Shown here: positions 54,402 to 64,000 of the stretch, one piece after another
Layout: every line of letters begins with the position of its first letter
Numbering within the stretch: the stretch's first letter is position 1
Notes under the pieces: model-generated
What the model was told of the DNA's origin: nothing
Databases searched by the model: none
The model's input: only the letters and a program-made list of their open reading frames with translations
Position numbers and translations under genes: made by a program
Source of the DNA: Ophelia neglecta
Lineage: Eukaryota
DNA length: 64,000 nt
Reading direction: 5' to 3'
NCBI GenBank assembly: GCA_965285935.1
Contig: OZ260663.1
Location: 68,200,001-68,264,000 of the forward strand

Positions 54402-57400
54402 ATCGAGCAAGATTTTATACAAAATGGACAGTCACCTTGAACATTGATCAAGGTCAATCATGGTTTTAATTTACTCATTGATCTATAGTAGAAATGACAT
54501 ATTAAATTTCAATTAAATATTCAGAAAATGTAGCCAATGGGCAGTTTATGTTGTAATAGTACACATAGATTAAGACGAAAAGAATGAAAACATACACACT
54601 TGAACGAAATCATCTGCTATAATATTCGCCTTGCAAACCAGAACGTAGATAATGAAATCAGCTACTTTATCATTCTCTATCGTAAACACGCCATATTCAA
54701 TCTCTTTTATAGTCTCTGTTTTGATTAAATAGGCATGGTTGTAACAACGAAATTGCGTTTTTACTTGATGGATTAATTCTTTATCTAATTGATTACTGCG
54801 CAAGGCAAAAGACTCACGATTAGCAAACCGAGGAGGCCAATCAGAATTTAGTATTGATATATCGGAGTAGCGACTATATCAGCAGCACTGTTGTCCTATT
54901 GCTTTATGCATCTTTTCTACAATTACTAAATGTATACCTTTTTGGCGCTAAGAGGTAAGTAAGCTCAATTTGGTCAGTAAATAAGACATAATATTATAGG
55001 CTTATTGTCGTCCATTTCTTTCTCTAATGGAAGTGCTCTTTCGAAGTTAATTGCGCCGTTGGCTGGCTTTCAGGGCATGTATGATAGAACAACGTGTAGG
55101 GACTACATCTGCAATCACCTGGGCGTATGGTGCGCTCTAACTTAACTGGAGAGAGACTGGCGCTTTCAATGAGCTGATCAATGAGGGCAAGGTCAAGACT
55201 ACGTTTACCAAGGGCAGCCCCAAAAGGTCAACACTTCTGCGAGGCATTAGGCATCTCCATGACCAGAAAACCCCTGTAAGTGCGAGGAATTGATCTATGA
55301 TGACTTTACAGCAGGGATATTCACATCGGATGAGACACTGCCATAGATTCCGCACGGATTCACACTAACACCTCTGGCTTAGCTGGATGCGCCACGTTTA
55401 GAAAGGACGCGCCTTAAGCAACTTCCGGGGAGCCATCATGGTGGGCAGCTTTGGGAGAGATCCATTTATAAATCAAGTCAACCCTTGTTCCGATTCGACC
55501 CACATAAAACAACCTTTGTCGCTCCAGTTGCATTAAGAATGCGCTCCCATATTTTCGGGAGCGCACTAATTTTTTTAGCTGTGAAGAAATCAGAAAACAG
55601 CTTATTGTATTAGCCGATTCACCTAATTCGTCTGTTGCTGTCAAATATATTAATTCAAAATATACTTGTGAACCTATTCTGTCACTTCTATGTACCACAC
55701 ATTATATCAAATATATCGATCGCCCTTCTATATGTTACTCCCTACCCCTTGGTGTCTGTTTAAGCAGACGCTTGAGCATGCGCCGTGAGTCCTTTCTGAA
55801 CACTACTCGCGTTGAGTTGTGTAAAAATGAAACAACCGTTGTGTCGTTACGACACAGTTGCCAAAGCCCCAAGGGTTTGCCGATGTAATTTATAGACACG
55901 ACATAATTTGTAATTAGACATAACAGATGTGGCCTATGGGAATAACAACTGGCTTCTGATTGTGAAGAATGCTGCTACAGTTGATGGTTTATCTTCTATT
56001 GACTTCCTTCTTCTTTCATTACTCCTATCTCTTTCAAGCTTTGCCTAATCACAGAAGCCTCCCAGTCTCCGGGTTAAATCCCCTCTCTGTTGGGTCTTAA
56101 GAAACTGTCTGATATCAGATGGATATAGCTTCTACAAATATTATAGTGCAAGATCTTTGGCCAGTTAACCCTGGTGCCTCATAAAGGTCAAGCGAGTTGT
56201 TTCCATGCCATCAATCCGAATTGCATGTCAATATAGCGTGTCCCAAAAGCTGCATGCGATTATGTTGATTTGAACTAGGATTGCAGAAGAAGGAAACAGA
56301 TGTCTTATTCAAAGGCATTTGTATTATTTTTTTCTGATAGTCTGGCTGAGTGAACGATCCACCGACCAGCGATTAGCCATACTGCTATGGCTCCAGTGTC
56401 TATTTGTGTGCAATAATTGTTATGGTCAAGTTCATTCAAAAAGACCTTTCACGGTGACTTACAAAAAGTAGAGGATGTTGCATTATTCGCAACACTGCAC
56501 GTCCCGATGTGGATTAACCCGTGCGTGTTGTCGGAGAGCCGGGGCAGTGCGCAATGTTCTGGGTTCAAAGCCATCCCGACAAACACGTTGTGACTGTCAG
56601 GACATTGCCAATTGATTACACTTCATTTGTCAAAGGTGTCGCAATCATGCCCCTTGCTAAGGCACTCACACCTGGGGATAGGGACATAGAGAAACTCACG
56701 GCAGGACAAGAAGTCTGTTTATGACGTGTCACGGTGTCCAGTGTGTGCAAGGCTTGTCTCTTGTTTCTAAGTCGGCACAAATCTGACGACCTAGTATTTG
56801 GACGACATTTAGAACCCAGGAATTGGTTTTCTATGTCTCTACAGTTTCTCCTTTTCATATTATCTGTTTTTGGGCCATCAACATACTAAAGATGTTTAAA
56901 GAATGCGTCCGACTTAGGTAAAATATATGCAAATATACTCAAAATCTCAGTCTTTGCAAACGATGTGACAATTTGCGTATTTTACTTTGTGCGAAAAGCT
57001 TGTAAATTGGATCAACCTTTCCATGCTGAAGTCGATGTGACGAGCTCGTGTGTTATGACTCGATCTGATTTGGGGCTAAATAAGCATAACCAACAGGCTG
57101 GCAAACAGCAGGGAATGAGCGCTTGCCTTCCATGGACAAAATACCTCAGCCGCACAAGAGAGACGGACGTGTATTGTTCATCTAATAGTTTCTGTTGCAT
57201 TGAACTGAATGAGCTGAGGGGGGTGGGGGGGGGGGGGTTTGAGTGAGTATTAGATCAGGTATTGGTTAGGTGGAACGGAGGTAGGAGGGGAGGAATGGGG
57301 ATAGGGAGTTGATAGGAGGGTAGGGGAAGGGGCCCATACAAAATATCCGATAGAAAAAACTATAGTGTTAAAATTGAGGTTTACTTCATAGGGTCTTTTT

Positions 57401-57559
57401 AATGGGCACCTACAGTAGTATTCATTACTATGTTTTATTTAACAATAATTATAGAGTACAATGTATTTCCACTAAACTAAGGTGTTTTCCTTTTTGAGGA
57501 AAAAAAACCAATAAAACTATTTATTTTTAACTTCATTAAAACTATGCTGAATCCCGAGG

Positions 57560-58600
57560 TACAAAATGCCTTTCCCGGCTATTCGTCTCGCTGTATAAAT
57601 AGCTGTATAAATGCACCAAATGTCCACAAATGCTACGTGCTTTCTCCCCTTCAAAATTATCCTAACACCGAGGCACAAACCAAGTCGTGGCAGAGACCTC
57701 CAACCTCTTAAAGTATCAACCTCCTCGCCGCAATATTGAGAATCATTTATGTCCTGTCTCTGCAAATACCACCTTAAGGAGCCGCGGAGTAAATGTATTT
57801 CTGTTTACTTTCTGGTCCGTCCATACCTCCTGGAAATTGTCCTTATACAATATGCTCTTCACCAAGTGTGCCCAAGTAGTTTGAGGTGATAGGAACATCC
57901 TTCGTAAACATCATGAGTAAGTGTCCTTAGTGTGGACAGATCCATTTACCTACACCAGTAAGAGACCGCCTTCATTTCAAGTTTGCCGAAATTGGGACTG
58001 ATTCAGGGCAGAGATATAACAATTCACTTTTTGTAGATGGTTTTAGGCCCAGTATTTTCATAGATAAATCCTCTGGAATGCGTATATTTCATCATTTTGG
58101 TCAACTCCCCACAGTTCTCCTCCATATGCAATCACTGCGTGGTCCAACCATGCCTCAAACAAACGTACTCTATCTCCTAGTGGGAAGTAACACCGGTAAA
58201 AAAGTTTCTGAAGTTCAAAAATAGTCTTTTGGCCCTTCTGACAAGGGTATCAATTGCCTTGCCCTAACCTCAGTTGAAATTAAGGTCGATCCTAAGGTAG
58301 GTGAAATTATTACCAGTTTAATATCGGCGCCAACAAAAAAAGAGTCTAGGAATTCTTATCCATAAGCCTTTTTATAAAGATCAGAATATTGGGGGGGGGG
58401 GGGGGTTTTCGTTGATACTTTGAGACCCCATATGTCACAATAAAGCGCCAAATGTTCAATCTATCCTGTAGCTGATCTGCTGTCTCTGAAATAACCACCA
58501 TATCATCAGCAAACTGCAACAGGCATATCATGAGACCATCCCACTCTGCTCCAATCTCTGACACAGTTTGTCTCAGATGCAGCGACAAGTTATTAGACAT
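57560..58600 (-). mobile_element. Decayed non-LTR retrotransposon ORF2 3' part (RT FADD motif onward; RTE-X-like, clade uncertain)
   Basis: The minus strand gives ICLLQFADDMVVISETADQLQDRLN, then frameshifted IAYGGELWG, KILGLKPSTKSELLY, YWCR, WAHLVKSILYK..FQEVW and GWRSLPR. This is the typical order of RT thumb and C-terminal motifs. Confidence 0.85.
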
Positions 58601-60495
58601 GATTATTATGGACCCCTTGTGTTTTTGTGTTTATCATGCACTATTTACTAAAATATCATAGCAGTTTGAACATGTCCGTAATTGACTCGTGATGCCCTAC
58701 GATTCCCTCGCTAGGGCACACACTATTTGCCAAGTACTGGCTCTAATATAGAGTCTTGAATTCAATGTTAATACTGCTGAGGCTTAATATAAACCAGGGT
58801 GTTTTTCTCACAAGTTAAGCAAACCCATCGTCTTATCTATTCCATGCACGGATATAAAATCTACAAAACAAAATTAGTTGTTACTTCAACTAACCATTAT
58901 CCTTTGATGATTTTTATGAGTTTCATATTTACATTGATTCCCAAATTAAAAGTTTGCTACATAAAGACGTTGCATGTCCCAGAGCAGGAAAAAGGGCTCT
59001 CGCAAAATTCCAAATTGGAAGTGGATACCCGGCGGACAAAACCAAATCAATCATCAATAATAGTCGATTAAATCGGTCCGAAATCATCAGGAACCAGCAG
59101 TAGCAGGCTCAGAAACACCAATCCTCGCTAACAGTATATACAAACTTGTAATGAAGTCAATTACATTACAATCAAAGTGATATCCCACGCAAGGAGAAGT
59201 ATTTAACAGGTTTCCAAGATACGAGTCAGCACAAAACGAGTCTGGCTCAGGAGAGCAACAGCGATCTGTCCTTTTGTTGTCAAGCTCCTGGGATAGGCTT
59301 ATATGCTGATAAATACACCTATGTAGTGTTTTTTCGAGTACGCCCTTGTCGTGTTTATCCAAGAATTTCTTCTCTTCGTAACAACTAATCTTGTTATGGA
59401 AGACATGACACGGCCTGCGAGGAAAAGAGCTCGGAAGACATACAGGTATCAAGGCCGTATCCAACCGGATATGTTCCTCTATGCCTGCATGGTCAAAGTG
59501 TCATCATATAGATAATCATGCTATAGTTTTAGCTATATTATCTTATATTATGCTTCATTCTCACCATATTTGAGCCCATGATATCATAAGCGATATGTAC
59601 TAATACATATATGTAGGCATATAGGTGTTTAGATATTCTAAATGGCGTATATGAACTAGGAGTAGCCAATAACGCCAGGTTACTGGCCGAATCTGACTAC
59701 ATCATTACTATCCTTTTTGAGTTATTTATTGGACAGATAGACCCACATACAAACCAACATACTGACACGAAATAAGATGATATTAGCAATGTAGTATAGG
59801 CCTAATCATACATGCCTATATTTAGAAAGAGGCTGCTAGGAAGCATTCAGACACGTTTTGCAAAACACTGTTTCCAGTCCGTCATATAATCATACAGTCC
59901 CCTATATTCAGTCCACGCCCGCATTAACTCACTGCTTGTTTCTTAGCACACGAGGGGCGTAGAGTGCGGGCTGTCACGCAATGAATAAGGAGGGGCAAAT
60001 CAGGGTTCAGAGATTACACCTGGAGATAAAAAAAAGTCTCAGGGTCGATGCCTTTTCACGATGACAAATATCACACAATGTAGAAATTGCTTCACCAAAT
60101 GTAAATTTATATATATAATTCATCGTGGAATTTATGCTATTGAATATTAATTTCCATGGAAAAAAAGCTTACCTGTCTTTCTGTGCTATTTTTTGCACGG
60201 CCCCTCCCAAAAGGGCATGTTCACCGATTCAACATATTTTCGATTTCAATATCTTAAAGACAATTTTGTTGGCTCCATGATGTTTTTTGCATACCACTAA
60301 ATGATTCAAATAGGAATCAAATTAACCTGTTATGGTATTTGTCATTTTATATAATTAATTATAAAATAGCTAAATTATTCCTGCTTTAAACCACCCATTA
60401 ATAAAATTAACTTGTTCAAGACTTCGTTATTAGTCGGTTATTCAACAGAATACTTGACGTATTATTAGGTGATTAGTCCTAAGTTCAGGTTTTGG

Positions 60496-60535
60496 GACTA
60501 GTAACTCGACTAGTAACTTGACTAGTAACTTGACT
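60496..60535. repeat. 12-bp tandem repeat x3+
   Basis: gactagtaactc gactagtaactt gactagtaactt gact. Confidence 0.85.
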
Positions 60536-60755
60536 CGAGTGATAGAGAACCCCTGAAATCGTTTTACGTAATATTGTTATTAAATATGCTGTAAGATTCA
60601 TCACAAAAACGAACATGTGTTTAGAATTCCGTGGGACTTAGACCACTACCAACCCAAACATGGCTATTTAGGCCAAGCATTGATGGTATTTTGCCTAGTG
60701 ATTGAATCCTTTCAATCTGGGTTCTGCAATGTGTTTTGCGAGCCCAGTACCTGAC

Positions 60756-60897
60756 ATGCGTCAAGGATCAGTCTGAGGTCCAATACTGCCTGTGACATCG
60801 GGGCCTAGAGTTGATCACCTGGCCTTGGTCACATCGTAAACATGTACCCTACTGCTTTTGATATCACTTCGATGCTGACGACTCCTTAATATAATCA
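60756..60897 (+). mobile_element. Short decayed L2/CR1-type reverse-transcriptase fragment
   Basis: QGSV*GPIL (cf. QGSVLGPIL), LGHIV (cf. LGDII) and YHFDADDSLI (cf. YHFYADDTQL) occur in the correct order across frameshifts. Confidence 0.55.
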
Positions 60898-63800
60898 AAT
60901 ATCACAGTCACCCAACCACAATTTTGTTTCGTGATTTTGCATTCAACGTGCATGAAAACCCGCTGTACCGCTGCATACTGTCCCCACGGTGACTCGGCAC
61001 AAAGGCTGAAAATATTTTCAGCCATTTTTTTTCATATTTATGACCGTTTACCCGCACATCAGCCAAGTTCCATTGGCACGAGGAACGATGTGTCACAGAG
61101 GTAAACAGAATTACCTAACATAGTCTATGGAATTTCCCTGTTTATTTCATTCATGCAAAAAAACCTGCCTTTATCTCTAGGTGTGGAAAATTATGCAACA
61201 AGTCCGTGGTGGTACTTTATACTGAATGCCTCTGACTTCCAGTACTTAAAGAAATGCCTTTGGGAACATTTAATAGGGACAACATGTTTGCGACAATATG
61301 AAGAGTTAATGTGAAGTGTTTTTGATTTGCGGATCACTGAGAGATGGGCACCCGGGGTACGGGTGAGTACATTATAATTGGGCTGGCCTAGAAACTTCTA
61401 CGTCGTCTTCCTGTCATAATACACGACAGTTCCCCATCCCTTACCGGTAATGACCGGTCTCCAGTTCGCGATTTTAAGGAAAGGACCAGGACGGTTTTGT
61501 TTTTTCTTTCACAACACATCCATTTTCCCCGTAATACTGTTCTAAAAATGGGGACCCAAATTGACAAATCAATACTAGTACAAATACACATTTTTGTTGG
61601 TCTTCTGTGGAGTAGTAAAACATGACCTAGCAATAAATATACAACCCTAAACGCTTCGTAGCCAAATGAAAAGAACAGTTATTATCATTATAAATGCACT
61701 TTTAAACATATTAACAGCTTTCAACACGTGATTCGCCAGGAAGAGCATCAGTTTTTTACAGTGTTTTCTACAAACATCAACTTTATAGGCCTGTAATGTT
61801 TTCCGTATTTTGCGTAATATAAGCCTAAAAATAAATACAAAAATCGAAGCAACACTGCTTGAATATACAGTGTTTTCTTTATATAGATAGATATGTAATC
61901 AATTGTCTTCTTTTCCTTCTTATCCGCAATTGAATTTTTTTTAACTAACTCATCATTTTTGAGATTCTGGTTATACTATTTTTCAAATGCGTCGTTAATG
62001 TTCTTATCAAAATAACCAAGAAAACAATGCTTCTCTGTAGGTCGCCTGAGGTGCCCAATGATTGGTCACCTCATAAGATGTATACCTACCCGACTGATTT
62101 ATCAGTGCTCGTACACTCTGATGTCTACCTAAGGTATTCAAATTACCGTCGAGAACTCCAGGACAGTATAACTCACTGTCACGCACATAAAACAATGGAT
62201 GCTTAATGAATATAGAGTCCTACTAGAGACTCTTCAGTCACGAAGGAAAAAGAAAACTAGAATGTATTCGGACAATGGTAGATTAGTTTCTCTTTTGATG
62301 TAAGAATTAATGTTGGCGAAGCATATAAGAAATATTATTATTGAAAACGTTAAGATCGTAAAACCTCAAATATTACCACTGCGTCGGCCCTGATATCGGT
62401 AAAGCCCTTTACGCGTATCACCATGGCCCCGGTTAATTTTATATGGAACTTTACCCCTTATCTCTAACGACTTCTCCCTCTAATACATTTTATGTAGGAG
62501 AGAAATTACCAATCTGTATAATTTTAAATACACAGACTAGTAAAGATCGCCCCAAGTTATTAGTAGCTGTTAAGAGGGATGACCGTGAACCAAAACGATC
62601 AGAAAAAGCTATCCTATCATTGTTAAGTTTGATTTCGTATTCGGTGACAGCCTTTAAGCAGGGAAGGCATTGCAGTGAGTTCAACATGATTTTTTTAGCC
62701 AAGTCCCAGCCATAGTAGTTAGTGGGAGTACCCATCCCGCCATTGTTCCACCTGATTATATTGATGATGGTACTACGCAGGGCGTTTAATCGAGCGGGAA
62801 ACAACCAGGTATTAAATAAACAGACAGATGACGTAAAATGTCTGCCAGAGACAAGGCCGGGCTCTGTGAAGTGACACCAGATGGCAATAAAATGTTTCAG
62901 GTCATCAAATGATTCCTGACATTGTTTGAATAACACAGGACATTTGGACCGAATATTTGTCATAAGTAATTGAATCCAGGGAATTGTTTGGCGGCCAATT
63001 AGGGTCCGGTGCCCGTCAATTTTCTGCAAGACTGTCTTTCTAGATGAAATACAAAAACTCATCGGTATCCTGTTAGTGCGATGATTATATTAACCGCCAA
63101 AAGCAGGACATTTATTCCAGGAAAATGGCGGCTTGACAGCGTCCTAGGTACCATGCGCTGCGTCAAATCCGCTCGGAGAATTTCCTATAAACATGTTTTC
63201 CATTCTTTTAACAATGTCAGGGTATGTTCAGAGATATGTACTAATGGATCTGAATTTCGTCATATCGTGGTTAATGCATCAGGAAATCAAATTTGCATCG
63301 GCAAAAAAAGTCAATCGTGAGGGATTGTTACGTTGCTATAATACAAGACTGGTATGCACAAGACAGGCCTGTAACTTGTGCTGCGGGCAACTCTCTGTGG
63401 GTCAACCAACCACACAAGGTTTATATATAGGCCTAGAACTGTCCTATTGTCGAGCATCACCTAGAATATACTGTATTTTATGATTTTATGGAAAAAAATT
63501 AAAGCAAAAAGCAGGTATTATTGTCTTATTTGCAATCGCACAAACGTACTACACGGTGTAGTAAAGGCACTCCGCGTAGGGACCAGTTTGAGAAGTGATG
63601 CCCGCGAAATTTGGAAAGTAATTTCGGTCCGCGATCATTACACGTGACCTCTTTTTAAGCCTAAGATTATTATATATGATATAATATTATGTTCTTTTGT
63701 TACAGCAAAGTACAGTACATAAATGAAAATGCGCACATTTTTTAACCGCTTAAGAAAGACAGAACTGTGTGTGGTTTCTGGACTGTATAGACTCGACAGT

Positions 63801-64000
63801 GTACACTGTAGTCACGTCATTTGCCAATGCCTTGTGTTCTTAAAACACAGCTTTACGGTCTTTATGTTGTTTTCTAGATTTTCCTTCAAGGTCATCGGGC
63901 CTAAAAACTGCACGCTTAATGCAAATAAACTGTATACCTTAGAGCATTTAAAATTATTTAATGTACCAATGATCACGCATACATATGGCCATAACAATAC

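Noticed and set aside
55140-55281. Open stretch LNWRETGAFNELINEGKVK... ending near gtaagt
   Set aside because: No convincing acceptor, and no similarity to the expected next GPR158-like exon (G..GIDIDL).
59087-59464. 125-aa Cys-containing minus-strand ORF
   Set aside because: TTG start, no domain pattern or splice support, and the length is within the chance range.
63796-63809. Perfect 14-bp palindrome acagtgtacactgt
   Set aside because: A few palindromes of this length are expected by chance in 64 kb.
1-64000. Prokaryotic or viral system (operon, CRISPR, defence island)
   Set aside because: Coding density is near zero, a spliceosomal exon and SINE/LINE/MITE repeats are present, and no array of identical repeats with unique spacers was found.

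Overview
This window reads as AT-rich (roughly 37-39% GC by eye) invertebrate nuclear DNA, probably lophotrochozoan judging from the repeat types. It is not a prokaryotic window: I see no operons, rRNA/tRNA genes or CRISPR array, and almost all listed ORFs are chance or repeat-derived. One protein-coding exon is confidently recognisable: 48311-48491 (+), 181 bp with canonical AG/GT ends. It encodes part of the extracellular Cache domain of a GPR158/GPR179-family (Drosophila CG31760-like) class C GPCR. No neighbouring exons were found, so most of the window is probably very long intron. It contains decayed LINE fragments, a tRNA-derived SINE, a Helitron/Helentron-like element with an internal tandem array, several MITE families and minisatellites. 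The most unusual signal is the palindrome TAGGCCTA, present at least 21 times against fewer than 1 expected, with enriched one-mismatch variants. This points to a genome-wide sequence-writing process such as transposon excision footprints or a HIP1-like ratchet. A possible decayed PAN/Apple-like exon lies at about 3.05-3.33 kb. All family assignments come from motif recognition by eye, not database searches.
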